Made by a program: the position numbers and the translations under genes | From: Candidatus Hadarchaeota archaeon | GTDB taxonomy: Archaea > CAYQAE01 > CAYVLA01 | Direction: 5' to 3' | DNA: 64,000 bases | NCBI GenBank assembly: GCA_964621445.1 | Contig: CAZUNO010000014.1 | Span: 11,991 to 75,990 of the forward strand | The notes under the pieces: generated by a model | Seen by the model: only the letters and a program-made list of their open reading frames with translations | The model's database searches: none | What the model was told of the DNA's origin: nothing | In this document: in pieces, positions 50,616 to 60,825 of the stretch | Numbering within the stretch: position 1 is the stretch's first letter | Layout of the letters: each line of letters opens with the position of its first letter

Positions 50616-51200
50616 AACCCCGAACCCGATAACCCCCACCAGGAGCAGCCAGGGGGGGAGCCTCATGACTCTCAGTCCGTGGGCCAAAAACAGGCATCTC
50701 GGTATCTTACCTATTAGCGTGCCCACGAAGAACCTCAACGAGTTATATCGAACATAGCCCATGGCAAGCCCAAGAAGGTCCATGGGCAGGGGGGTGAAGG
50801 CAAAGATTGGTATGGCCCAAAACCCGTATTTGCTCGAAACGTCCTTGGGGTCGGTATACCTCTTAATCCACCTCCCGCCCACGAAGTAGGCGCTGTGGGC
50901 GGGGATTCCATTTCTCTCCCTGTTCATCCTTTTTCTCAGGGATACCAGGTTATTTGAGAGCCTGCCCAAACCATAGGCAACCATCTCGCCCAGGGCAGCC
51001 GCCAGGCCGGCTATGATCCCCACCCTGGTGGGGTCCAGGCCCACCGACTGGCTGGCCGCCCAGGGCACGTACACCACATCGGCCACCGGGAAGAACAGAA
51101 TGGATGCTGCCGATATCAGGGAAACCACGAACACGCCGGTGAGCCCGGCGCCCTGAATGAGGGCATTTGACCATTCCATCACGTCGAACACCATGATCAC
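50583..51200 (-). CDS. DedA/VTT domain membrane protein
   Basis: AALGEMVAYGLG, TPLPMD and F.VGTLIGKIPR motifs. Confidence 0.85.
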   Translation of the reverse strand: MIMVFDVMEWSNALIQGAGLTGVFVVSLISAASILFFPVADVVYVPWAASQSVGLDPTRVGIIAGLAAALGEMVAYGLGRLSNNLVSLRKRMNRERNGIPAHSAYFVGGRWIKRYTDPKDVSSKYGFWAIPIFAFTPLPMDLLGLAMGYVRYNSLRFFVGTLIGKIPRCLFLAHGLRVMRLPPWLLLVGVIGFGVLMLVLKRVRV

Positions 51201-51241
51201 ATCCGGTTAGTTATAATCCCTTTACCGACGGTAATCCCTTC

Positions 51242-52330
51242 TTACCTTTTCCTGTTTGATTTAACCGGGCTTTCATCGCCAGAACGATGTCTATGGAGAC
51301 CGAACCCGATCAGGAAGACGATGGCCAGTATGGCTACCGCCGGTAGTAGCAGGCCCGGGGACCGGGCCCTTGAAAGCTGATTCCAATAATCTTCAGTCGT
51401 GGTGCCGAACCTGAATAGAATGATTCCCTGAGCTTCCGACTTCATGGCCGAGTTCACTGCCTCCCTCACCTGCTTGGCCGGGATGTCAAATGCCTGTATA
51501 CCGGACCAAACTTCACCAGCACCCTCCGCCTTTAGGGCCTTGACGCCCCCTCCCACCCAGCTAGGGGGCTGCTGCATGAGGAAGTGATAGGTGTGTGCGA
51601 CAAGGAAATCGGTCCTGGTGGAGAAGGCCTCCACGTCCTGTCCCCTGGCCAGGCGCTCGGACTGTTGAAACATGTCGATGAAGATGGATAGCTCGCCTTG
51701 GGTGGTTTGGCGAATGGAGTTCAGTAGGTCCACCATCCCCTGGTTTCTCCACTCGAAGAAGCGTCCCAGCAGTTTCTGGTTGGAGGTTATGTTGGCCAAG
51801 GTCAGGTTGATGTTCATGTGGATGGAGAAAGATTTGATGGTGGAGTTATCGAAGGGCCCGGGGTAGGGCACCGTGAAATAGTCAAGGAAAAATCCATCGG
51901 GTTGAAGTCTGGATTCCAGTCCCTCGATCCACTCCAGGAGGGCGTTCCTGTACCCCATATGAAGGGGATTAACTAGCCCGCTGTCCGATATCTCCGTGTT
52001 GGAGACCAGGGCGGACTCGGGATGCCGGGAGACGTACTCACGGTTTCTGAAGGTGGTTATCCAGGCGTGAAAATCTATTCCCGGCTTCATCTGGTTTCTG
52101 ATATTGGAGATCCTCTCCAATTCCTCCTCCTGGGGAGGGAGTGGCACCAGGAAGAACACGGCCTGGATATCGTTTTCGTCCAGGACCTGCCGTATCTCCG
52201 CCGGGCTGAGGCCCTTGACCCCGCTGAGTTTCATCCAAACTGCGAACGTGGGGCGGGCGGCCCCTGCGGTCTGGACTACCAGAAATGAGGACAATAAGAA
52301 AATGGTCAATATTTGGGCCCTAGATCCCAA
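51242..52330 (-). CDS. Secreted, membrane-anchored glycoside-hydrolase-like TIM barrel protein
   Basis: Signal peptide, FHAW, NP, DGFFLDY, GQD and GIILF, with a C-terminal TM and basic tail. Confidence 0.6.
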   Translation of the reverse strand: MGSRAQILTIFLLSSFLVVQTAGAARPTFAVWMKLSGVKGLSPAEIRQVLDENDIQAVFFLVPLPPQEEELERISNIRNQMKPGIDFHAWITTFRNREYVSRHPESALVSNTEISDSGLVNPLHMGYRNALLEWIEGLESRLQPDGFFLDYFTVPYPGPFDNSTIKSFSIHMNINLTLANITSNQKLLGRFFEWRNQGMVDLLNSIRQTTQGELSIFIDMFQQSERLARGQDVEAFSTRTDFLVAHTYHFLMQQPPSWVGGGVKALKAEGAGEVWSGIQAFDIPAKQVREAVNSAMKSEAQGIILFRFGTTTEDYWNQLSRARSPGLLLPAVAILAIVFLIGFGLHRHRSGDESPVKSNRKR

Positions 52331-52595
52331 ATTCTTCCTCCGAATATCCCAGTGGCTTTGTCGGGTGGCCCTTTGTGGTTACTATGGGCTTGAGTTTTCT
52401 ACCGAATCTCAGAGTTGCCTGTTCTCCGTAGTAGTACCTTCTTTTTCCCATGGGAGCCTCGGAGTCGACTCTGATCCCCCTATCCGTGGAAAGGAGATCG
52501 AAGAAACGCTTCCCGTCCAGGGTAAATCTATAGCCACGCTCCGTTTTTTCCCACTCTAGATGGGCATCTTCCGGATACTGGACGTGGATCTTCAC
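52320..52595 (-). CDS. Hypothetical protein
   Basis: 91-aa ORF overlapping the next gene, with TATA-like CTTATAAG upstream. Confidence 0.5.
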   Translation of the reverse strand: MKIHVQYPEDAHLEWEKTERGYRFTLDGKRFFDLLSTDRGIRVDSEAPMGKRRYYYGEQATLRFGRKLKPIVTTKGHPTKPLGYSEEEFGI

Positions 52596-52659
52596 GAAGG
52601 GAATCCCTCACCGGGGCTTATAAGTTTGAGTGGATCTCAATTCAAAAACAGAGATATAG

Positions 52660-54045
52660 GTGGAGTGGATAGTACGGGGCATGGACGAGGAGACTAGAAA
52701 GCTAGTGGATGATGGCTTTGACAGCTACCTGGAGGAGCTAGTCCAGCTGGTCAGGAAACCGAGCGTATCAGCGACCGGGGAGGGCGTTGAGGAGTGCGCC
52801 AACTACCTGGCGGGGAGGATGTCGAGCTACGGGATAGAGACCGAAATACTGGAGGTCGAGGGCGGACAGCCGGTGATTATCGGGGAGATCGGCGGGGATA
52901 TGGAAGGACCAGTGCTTTTAGTTTACGATCATTACGACGTTCAGCCCCCGGAGCCGCTGGAGGAATGGGAAAGGGAGCCCTTCTCCGGGGAGGTATCGGA
53001 GGGACGGGTTCACGGTCGGGGTACAACCGATAGCAAGGGGAATCTGATGGCCTACCTGTTGGCGATCCGGGTACTGGACGAGATGGGGGATTTTCCTTTA
53101 CATGTGAAGCTCATGTTCGAGGGCCAGGAGGAGATAGGAAGCCCCAACCTGAGGTCCTTCGTCAATTCCCATCGGGAGCTATTAGAGGCCGACGCCGCGG
53201 TCTGCTGCGACGCCGAGAGGGACCCCTCCGGCCGACCCATGATTAGCCTGGGAATGAAGGGTCTGATATACCTGGAGCTAGAGTCCAGGAAGGCCGACAG
53301 GGATGCCCACTCCTCCAAAGCGGCATTGCTGCCCAGTGCTGCCTGGCGACTGATGCAGGCCCTGAACACCCTGAGGGATTCCCATGGGAGGATCTCCATT
53401 GAGGGCTGGGAGGAGGGCCTGGTCGAACCCGGGGAACGGGAGATGGAGCTGATGCGGAATATACCCTTTGACGAGGAGGAGGTGAAGAGGGAGTACGGGG
53501 TGTCAGAGCTCCTGAATGGGAGGCACGGCCTGGATGCCCTGCGGGGGTATCTATACGAACCGACATGTAACATAGCAGGGCTCACCTCCGGCTACCAGGG
53601 GGAGGGGTCAAAGACGGTTCTGCCCTCCCAGGCCAGGGCCAAGATGGATATGAGGCTGGTCTATGACCAGAAGGCCGACAGGTGCATCGAGCTACTGAGG
53701 AAACACCTATCGGATAACGGTTTCCAGGACCTGGAGGTGAAATGCCTCTCCAAGCTCGAGCCCTCACATACCCCGGTGGATGCTCCCATAGCCAAGGCTG
53801 CGGCGGCGGCTTGCAGGGAGGTCTACGGCCAGGAGGCGGTAATCTATCCTAAGCACCACGCCTCGGGGCCGGACTACCTGTTCACCAAAGACCTGGGAAT
53901 CCATTCCATATGGACCGGGTGTCCGCCGGCGGATGGCCATGCACATGCCCCCAACGAGTTCATAGGCCCGGAAGATTTCAGGATGGGAATCATGTATGCC
54001 TGCCAGATTATGAGAAGATTCGCTGACCAGGCGGATGGTGGCTAG
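52660..54045 (+). CDS. M20/M25/M40 metallo-dipeptidase
   Basis: HYDVQP, GRGTTDSKG, EGQEEIGS and HAPNE motifs. Confidence 0.93.
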   Translation: MEWIVRGMDEETRKLVDDGFDSYLEELVQLVRKPSVSATGEGVEECANYLAGRMSSYGIETEILEVEGGQPVIIGEIGGDMEGPVLLVYDHYDVQPPEPLEEWEREPFSGEVSEGRVHGRGTTDSKGNLMAYLLAIRVLDEMGDFPLHVKLMFEGQEEIGSPNLRSFVNSHRELLEADAAVCCDAERDPSGRPMISLGMKGLIYLELESRKADRDAHSSKAALLPSAAWRLMQALNTLRDSHGRISIEGWEEGLVEPGEREMELMRNIPFDEEEVKREYGVSELLNGRHGLDALRGYLYEPTCNIAGLTSGYQGEGSKTVLPSQARAKMDMRLVYDQKADRCIELLRKHLSDNGFQDLEVKCLSKLEPSHTPVDAPIAKAAAAACREVYGQEAVIYPKHHASGPDYLFTKDLGIHSIWTGCPPADGHAHAPNEFIGPEDFRMGIMYACQIMRRFADQADGG

Positions 54046-57000
54046 TAGATGCTCTCGGTTCTGGGCCCCAGCTCCCTGATCAGGCCGTGAGTCCGGATGT
54101 CGTCGAGATCCGAGGAGCACAGGGCCAGGTGCCAGCTCCAGGTCCGGGACTGTCCCGGGCCGTAGTAGGGCTTTAGATGTCCCTCCACGAACCCGAGGCC
54201 TCTCATCCAGTCAATTTTCAGTGAACACCTTGCCCCGGACGGTCCTGCGAAGACCAGGGAACGATCCAGCTCCGGGTTCCTGACCGCCACCCATCCCTGG
54301 GGGCACTCGATCTCAAAGGGCTGGTCAGGGCTCCTGGCATAGGGGTTCCCTTCCCTGTCGGGAATCACCGGCTCCAATCCCTCCTCGCCCAAAGAGGGGA
54401 AGACCTTGGCCCCGGTGAATATCTCCATGCCTGCCGTGGTTTCGTTTTTTATTTCCTGCTCCAGGCGTAGTATGTTGGAGGAGGGCATGGTCAGGTATCT
54501 GTTCCTGATCACCGCCCCCTTGATGTCCTTTAGTCGATCGCTGGCCCGGCAAGAGGTCTCAACTCCCCGCCATCTTCCCTCTCTAACGGTTCTGTGGTCG
54601 AACTCCTCGCACCAGCCCCTGGACTCGGAGTTGTTTAGACAGCCGGTGGCCCCGCCGTACCAGGGGTTGAAGGTTACCCTGGGCTCGGGTTCCGGAAAGG
54701 ATGATGATAGGTACTCCACCGCCTCGCTCTGAAGGCTGTACACCGTTCCCCCGAATGCGGGGCACACCCGGAAGTTGAGGAACCCGTTGTCCACTACCAG
54801 GATGTCCCTATCCTGGTCCTTTTGCGAGGAGATTTTAAGACGGTCTCCCGAGGTATGGACCAGCGGAACCGTTCGGCTGGTCCTGGTTTCCCCGGTTTCC
54901 AGAACAAGGCCAAGTGGGTAGACCCCGATGGGTGTACTACCCTGGGGTCGGATTTCCACCTGGTCCTCGACCCCGTCCCAGCTCAGGTCCTGGAAGGATA
55001 TCCGTTCGGGTTCGGCCGACCAGCCCGCGGGGGGTTTCAATGTAAGTTTGCCGGTGGACCTTTTGCCCCGGAGATTGGATACGTACAGCACTCCTTTTGC
55101 CCTGCCCGAGCTGGAGATGAGGTTCTGCCTGAGGCCGAAGGACAGGGGAGGTCTCTTCTCTATCTCCAGGTAGGTCTTCTGCCTGGAGACCGAGTTCCGT
55201 GATAGTCTGCGCCAGGCCTCCCTGAGACCTCTCCAGTCTCCCTCCCCAATGTAGAAGTGCAGGGGCGGCGAGGTACATCTTGAATGGGCCCCGACCTCGA
55301 GCCCCATCTTTGGGGTGGCCAGAAGGGTGTGTCCAAGCTCCACCTCCCCGGTTTCCCGGGGCCATATGCTGCCAACGGTGAACAGTTTGTCCTTGTACCC
55401 CTCGAATCCCATCCAGCCCTCGGCGAAATCCTCGGGCTTTCGGGGAGCGTCATCCCGCCAGTACGGGTATCCGGTCGACACCTTCTCGCATAGAAGTGCA
55501 TCGCTATGGGGTATGTAGATGGTGGCGTGGTTGAGCATGGCGTGGGCGGAGGTCTTGAGGTCGAATGACCTGGGCTCCGGGTACTCGTTTATCAGGCCGT
55601 ATCTCGCGGTGAGAACGGGGGACCCACTTCGAAGGATTATGTGCTTGACCAGGCTCAACCCGCGGTGTCTCTTGCTCTTCATCCTGAGCTTGGCCCTCAC
55701 ATATCCCTGCCCGGTTTCCAGGGAGTAACTGCACCTGGCCTTATCGAACTCGGTGGGCCTGAAGGGGGGGCCGAGGGCATCACCCCGGAGCCCGACGAAC
55801 AACATCTCCTCGGTCTCCCTGTCCCGTACCGTGACCTGGCCGCCCCTTCTCAGGTTGATGGCTGCGTCCACCCGGCCGCTGCAAAGATGAAGGTTATTGT
55901 CATTTAGCTCCTCAAAGTGCAGGACGGTCCCGGGAACCACGCAGCTAGCGTGGAGGATCTTCTCCCTGAGGACCACCTCGTTTCCCTCGTCGTCTAGCAC
56001 CAGTGGCCTGAACCGGATGGGGAGGTACCGGGATGGGCAGCTTTCATCCACCGCTAGCTGACAGCTGAATCCCGCATACCCCTCGGGTGAGAGCTGGAAG
56101 TCGAAAACCCTGGACTCGACCTGCAGTCCTTGCTCCAGGGGCGAGGCCGTTATCCTGCCCTGGAGACGGGTTTTAGTTCGGTTCTTGATCCTGACCTGAA
56201 GGGATGTCCTGGAGCCCGGCCGGGCCATCATGTAACGGGGGTCGAACCCAAATGAAAGGGCTCCCTTGCGGCCGAACCCGGTCTTGAAGCTCATGGCCCT
56301 GTCACCGAACGTCAGGGTGGATATTATCCTATCTGGTTCCTCCCAGTCCTCCTTTTCCTGGGCCTCGGGGTCTATCCTGAACGTACCCTCCAGGGATACC
56401 CTTTCTCCCGGCGGTATGCTTATGGAGTCCGGGGGCGGGTCTACCATTTCGACCGATTGGGGGGCGTTCACCACCAGGCTGATGTCCCGAGCCTCGTCGG
56501 TCCTGTTTTCGATCTCCCAGAACATCCTCTGGGGAAGCCCCTCGGGGCATACCTCGTTCTGGGGGTGGACCCATACCTCCAACTCCCGGTTACTGCCCCC
56601 GGTGATCCACAGTCCCTCTCTGTCGGCCAGGGCGGTGATCGTTTGGTCCCCGGATCTGAATGAATACTGATATATCCCTATACCATCCCTTTCCCTAAGG
56701 TCCGGCTCGGCGGACAGGTCCCTTACCTGATTCCGGTACCAGTCGGGGTTGGAATCGAAGAAGTCCTGGAAAAGGTGGTGTTTGAGTATCAGGGGCATGA
56801 GGTTGATCATGTAGACGGATGTCTCCGGTACCCAGAAGAACCCCATCTTCTTGTAGAGGGGAACCGCCTTGAGGTTCCCCTTCCAGGTGTGGAGATCTAT
56901 CCTCTCCACCCCTTCCTGGATGGCCCTGTCCACCCCTGCTCTCAGAAGCCTCTTGCCCAGGCGCTTTCCCTGAAACTCCGGCTCCACGTTCAAAAATCCT

Positions 57001-57254
57001 ATATACCCGGAGTTCTCATCCCGTAGGCCTCGATATACGGTGCACACGCCGACGATCTTGTTATCAACCTGGGCTATGTAGTGGCCCAGGGCCCCGTTCT
57101 CCTCCAGCTGTTGCCTTGCCGCCCTGGCTGTGTAGGGGACCCCGCCCCCCATATGCCACGGCCAACCCTCCTCGCTGCGGGTCATCATATCGGCATAGTC
57201 CTGGGCGTCATCCATGGTCATTTGCCTGATGATGCCGATATCTTTACGGGCCAA
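54042..57254 (-). CDS. Large multidomain GNAT N-acetyltransferase (1070 aa)
   Basis: N-terminal GNAT domain (FLNVEPEFQGKRLGK, NLKAVPLYKKMGF) followed by beta-rich domains. Confidence 0.82.
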   Translation of the reverse strand: MARKDIGIIRQMTMDDAQDYADMMTRSEEGWPWHMGGGVPYTARAARQQLEENGALGHYIAQVDNKIVGVCTVYRGLRDENSGYIGFLNVEPEFQGKRLGKRLLRAGVDRAIQEGVERIDLHTWKGNLKAVPLYKKMGFFWVPETSVYMINLMPLILKHHLFQDFFDSNPDWYRNQVRDLSAEPDLRERDGIGIYQYSFRSGDQTITALADREGLWITGGSNRELEVWVHPQNEVCPEGLPQRMFWEIENRTDEARDISLVVNAPQSVEMVDPPPDSISIPPGERVSLEGTFRIDPEAQEKEDWEEPDRIISTLTFGDRAMSFKTGFGRKGALSFGFDPRYMMARPGSRTSLQVRIKNRTKTRLQGRITASPLEQGLQVESRVFDFQLSPEGYAGFSCQLAVDESCPSRYLPIRFRPLVLDDEGNEVVLREKILHASCVVPGTVLHFEELNDNNLHLCSGRVDAAINLRRGGQVTVRDRETEEMLFVGLRGDALGPPFRPTEFDKARCSYSLETGQGYVRAKLRMKSKRHRGLSLVKHIILRSGSPVLTARYGLINEYPEPRSFDLKTSAHAMLNHATIYIPHSDALLCEKVSTGYPYWRDDAPRKPEDFAEGWMGFEGYKDKLFTVGSIWPRETGEVELGHTLLATPKMGLEVGAHSRCTSPPLHFYIGEGDWRGLREAWRRLSRNSVSRQKTYLEIEKRPPLSFGLRQNLISSSGRAKGVLYVSNLRGKRSTGKLTLKPPAGWSAEPERISFQDLSWDGVEDQVEIRPQGSTPIGVYPLGLVLETGETRTSRTVPLVHTSGDRLKISSQKDQDRDILVVDNGFLNFRVCPAFGGTVYSLQSEAVEYLSSSFPEPEPRVTFNPWYGGATGCLNNSESRGWCEEFDHRTVREGRWRGVETSCRASDRLKDIKGAVIRNRYLTMPSSNILRLEQEIKNETTAGMEIFTGAKVFPSLGEEGLEPVIPDREGNPYARSPDQPFEIECPQGWVAVRNPELDRSLVFAGPSGARCSLKIDWMRGLGFVEGHLKPYYGPGQSRTWSWHLALCSSDLDDIRTHGLIRELGPRTESIY

Positions 57255-57372
57255 GTTGTCCCCTTCAGTGATCCGAAAAAGGGCCGAAGCTGGTTTATAC
57301 CTCTTTCCATGGGATAACTCTTTCCCTCCCCCCGGGGTGGAGGCTCCTTTTTATTGGGGTCAGGGGAAGGCG

Positions 57373-58137
57373 GTGATCGTGAACATAACCAAGCACGGCC
57401 GGGAGTACCTTGAGGAGTTCCTGGAGGATATCGGCGGGAGATACCTGAACCTGGTGGACGACCAGGTAGGTGTGGACCTGCCCCAGGCCTACTGTTGTTA
57501 CCTAATGGCCAGCGGCCTGGAGGGATCAATTATACTGATAGACGGGGGCAATACCTTCGATCCTTACGCCGTCACCCGTTACGCCAGGCTTTTCTCCATA
57601 GATGAGAGGAGGGCCCTGAGCGATATACATCTCTCCAGGGCCTTCACCTGCCACCAGCTAACAACCCTGGTGAACAGGAAACTTGAACCGGCCCTGGAGG
57701 AGTTCGGGTCAAGGGTAGTCATGGTCTCCGAGCCGGCCTCGCTCTACGTGGAGAGGTCCGCCGAGGAGGAGGTGCTGGAGGAGTTCAGGGCGGTCTGTCG
57801 GAGGTTACTAGGGATCACCTACCGCGAGCGCCTGACGGCGGTGGTCTTTCAATCCTATGGAGTGCCGCGTTTCGTCGATGGAGGCCGATTAGAGAGGGAT
57901 AGAAGGAGGAGAGCGGCGAAGTTGACGGAGCGGGTGCTCTTCGATCTGGCGGACTCCGCGTACAGGGTCGAAAAACGGCCCAGGGGCATCCTGATCTCAC
58001 GCCTGAAGAATCCACGCTTCCCGGAGGGACCGGCCTTCCTGATCCCCGAGAGGCCGAGGATGGCTACCCTGGAGGAGTTCGTGAATTGCCTGGACTCGGT
58101 GCCGGAATCACACGGCTTGGAGTCCTATCTGGGATGA
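57373..58137 (+). CDS. Inactivated RadA/RecA-like protein of the PolB2 operon
   Basis: LIDGGNTFDPY and LSRAFTCHQL, with no Walker A motif. Confidence 0.75.
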   Translation: MIVNITKHGREYLEEFLEDIGGRYLNLVDDQVGVDLPQAYCCYLMASGLEGSIILIDGGNTFDPYAVTRYARLFSIDERRALSDIHLSRAFTCHQLTTLVNRKLEPALEEFGSRVVMVSEPASLYVERSAEEEVLEEFRAVCRRLLGITYRERLTAVVFQSYGVPRFVDGGRLERDRRRRAAKLTERVLFDLADSAYRVEKRPRGILISRLKNPRFPEGPAFLIPERPRMATLEEFVNCLDSVPESHGLESYLG

Positions 58138-58235
58138 CCGGGTTAACTGGAAGTGCAGGGGGGATGGAAGATGGTTTTTATGATGATCTGAGGGAGTTTC
58201 GATGCACCGAAACGGGGCTCGGGATGGAGGTTTAG

Positions 58236-58505
58236 ATGGGTAAGACGGTACCGTCTTTCAGGAGAGCTTTAGAAGATGAGATAGCGAGGTGGCGTTCATT
58301 CAGAAGGGCGCTAAAGAAGGGAGACAGGGAGGTATTCGACAGGATGATGGGAATGAGCCGTGCCCATGCCTCGGCCAGCGGTAACGCCGAGAGGACCTCG
58401 CCCCTGGACCCCATGGTTATATCCATACTTTTGGAGCAACAGAAGGCGATATCCAGGTTGAGGCGAGAGCTGGATGGGTTCAGGGCGGAGCTGGAGGAGC
58501 CTTGA
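58236..58505 (+). CDS. Small conserved helical protein associated with PolB2
   Basis: MGKTVPSFR..L..E..RW..FRRAL...DR.VFD; the stop overlaps the polB2 start. Confidence 0.8.
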   Translation: MGKTVPSFRRALEDEIARWRSFRRALKKGDREVFDRMMGMSRAHASASGNAERTSPLDPMVISILLEQQKAISRLRRELDGFRAELEEP

Positions 58506-60718
58506 GAGAGGGCTGGCTGCTCGACGTGTACCCCGACGGCGACGACCTGGTCCTGTGGATCAAGACCCGGAAGGGTAAGGTCCTTAGCCATAGAGTTCGC
58601 TACCCGCCCTCCTTCTACGTTGTCGCTTCCAGGGAGAGGATGGACCACCTTAGGGATAGGTTGGAGGAGGAAGGGTTGGCCACCGACACCAGGTACGAGT
58701 GTAAGAGGAGGAATATACGGGACCAGGAGGGAAGCGAGGTGCTCAGGGTGGAGGTGGAGTCCGGTATGTACCGGGCGGTGGCCTCCAGCCTTCACCCCCT
58801 GGAGAGGAGGGGCTACCGGTTCTTCAACATCGACGTCCCCAGGGCCCAGGGCTTCCTCTACACCCATGACCTGTTCCCCATGGGCCTGGTCGACCTGGGC
58901 CCCGGTAGGGGGATCGAGAGCCTGGACGACAGGTTCTCCGTGGACTATGAGCTCCCTCCCCTGAGCGAGGTTAGGGTGGAGGTTCACCCCGGGAATTCCA
59001 CGGATTCAGCCGTGGAGAGCATAACCCTGGAGGGCCAGGGATGCACCGACCTGGATGGGGGGAGCGAGGAGGAAAGGATAGTCCGGGCCATCAGGACCCT
59101 GGACGAGATCGACCCCGACGTGGTGTACATATCGGGGAGGGACCTTTCCCACATCTCGAAGAGGGCGGAGGTCAGGGGCGTTTCCCACGAGCTGCTCTTT
59201 GGACGGGATAAAACCAGAATGCTGTCCGGTGAAAAGGAGGGCAGGTCCTATTTCTCTTACGGGACCGTTTACTACAAGCAGCCCTACCGGCCCTTCTTCG
59301 GCAGGCTGAGGGTTGACCCCGAGAACTCCTTCATGTACGGCGATTCCGGCATGTCGGGCCTTATCGAGGTCTCGCGGTTGACCAAGATCCCCCTGCAGAA
59401 GTGCTCGACCACCTCCCCGGGGACCGGGATAAGCTCCATGCAGCTGGACCAGGCCTATCGCGAGGGCCTGCTGGTCCCACGCAGGAAGGAGGACCCCGAG
59501 GAGTTCAAGACCGGTCTCCACCTGCTAAGGTACGACAGGGGAGGGTTCGTGTTCGAGCCCGGCAAGGGATTCCACACCGAGGTGGGGGAGATAGATTTCT
59601 CCTCTATGTACCCCAGCATAATGGAGAGATACAACATCTCGCCGGAGACCGTCCTCTGTGAGTGTTGCCGGGGGGATGCCCCCAGGGTTCCTGGCTGCGG
59701 GTACCACATCTGCACCCGCAGAAGGGGACTGGTCCCCAAGGTGATCGGACCTCTTCTGGACAGAAGGAGGCACTACAAGGAGGTGGTGAGAAAGGGCGGG
59801 GACCGTGCCCCCGAGTTCGACAGGAGGCAGCGGGCCATAAAGTGGCTCCTGGTCACCTGCTTCGGCTACCTTGGATACAGGAACGCCAGGTTCGGGCGGG
59901 TGGAGGCCCACGAGGCGGTAACCGCCTTCGGGCGGGACAAGCTGTTCAGGGCCGTGGATGTGGCGGAGGAGTCGGGGTACGAGGTTCTGCACGGCATCGT
60001 CGACTCCCTGTGGCTCAGGCGGGAGGGGGCCACGGCCGAGGACTACGAGGTGCTGTGCCGGGCCATCGAGGAGCGCTCCGGCCTGGGGATATCCCTGGAG
60101 GGGATCTACAGGTGGGTTTTCTTCCTCCCCTCAAAGATGGACCCCCAGGTGCCGGTGCTGAACAGGTATTTCGGGGTTTTCGAGGACGGGGAGGTGAAGG
60201 CCCGGGGCATAGAGCTGAGAAGATCGGATACCCCCCAGCTGGTCAAGAGGGCACAGCTTGAGATGCTGGAGGTCCTGTCCAGGGCCCGGGATGTGGAGGA
60301 GTACCTGGGGATGCTGGGTGACTGCGTTTCCATAATCCGTGATTACTCCCGCAGGTTAAGGGAGGGGGAGGTGGATGTGGAGGACCTGGTGATAACCAGG
60401 CGGGCGTCCAAGGCACCCTGGGAGTACTCGAACCTCAGCCACATCGCCGTGTCGAGCCTGAAACTGGACAAGATCGGGAGGACGGTGAAACCTGGACAGC
60501 TAGTTGGCTACATCATAACCGATGCCTCCTCCCCCGACCCCTGGAAGAGGGCGGAGCCCGTGGAGCTGTACGGGGAGCGGTCGACGTACGACGCGGACAA
60601 GTATATCGACGAGGTGATTGGGGCGGGAACCACCCTTTTCGAGGGTTTGGGATATGACCGGGATTTCATGAGTTCCCTGGTGGTGGACGGGTCCCGTCAG
60701 ACCCGCCTAGGCCGGTAA
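58502..60718 (+). CDS. polB2: Family B DNA polymerase, PolB2 subfamily
   Basis: DFSSMYPSIM, KWLLVTCFGYLG and degenerate motif C HGIVDSL, with a degraded exonuclease region. Confidence 0.9.
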   Translation: MREGWLLDVYPDGDDLVLWIKTRKGKVLSHRVRYPPSFYVVASRERMDHLRDRLEEEGLATDTRYECKRRNIRDQEGSEVLRVEVESGMYRAVASSLHPLERRGYRFFNIDVPRAQGFLYTHDLFPMGLVDLGPGRGIESLDDRFSVDYELPPLSEVRVEVHPGNSTDSAVESITLEGQGCTDLDGGSEEERIVRAIRTLDEIDPDVVYISGRDLSHISKRAEVRGVSHELLFGRDKTRMLSGEKEGRSYFSYGTVYYKQPYRPFFGRLRVDPENSFMYGDSGMSGLIEVSRLTKIPLQKCSTTSPGTGISSMQLDQAYREGLLVPRRKEDPEEFKTGLHLLRYDRGGFVFEPGKGFHTEVGEIDFSSMYPSIMERYNISPETVLCECCRGDAPRVPGCGYHICTRRRGLVPKVIGPLLDRRRHYKEVVRKGGDRAPEFDRRQRAIKWLLVTCFGYLGYRNARFGRVEAHEAVTAFGRDKLFRAVDVAEESGYEVLHGIVDSLWLRREGATAEDYEVLCRAIEERSGLGISLEGIYRWVFFLPSKMDPQVPVLNRYFGVFEDGEVKARGIELRRSDTPQLVKRAQLEMLEVLSRARDVEEYLGMLGDCVSIIRDYSRRLREGEVDVEDLVITRRASKAPWEYSNLSHIAVSSLKLDKIGRTVKPGQLVGYIITDASSPDPWKRAEPVELYGERSTYDADKYIDEVIGAGTTLFEGLGYDRDFMSSLVVDGSRQTRLGR

Positions 60719-60825
60719 CCGGCATCTAGGGCCTGGAAAACAGGTTGGGCCTTCAATTGGCTCCTGTCTCAAAGAGAGGGGCGCCGCAAAAGCATTATTA
60801 GAACCTCTGAGAATACCTCCTATAG

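Noticed and set aside
29305-60333. Long antisense or alternative-frame ORFs (e.g. 29305-30105, 32070-32681, 40863-41612, 59662-60261)
   Set aside because: They are shadows of well-supported genes in GC-rich DNA, with no motifs of their own.
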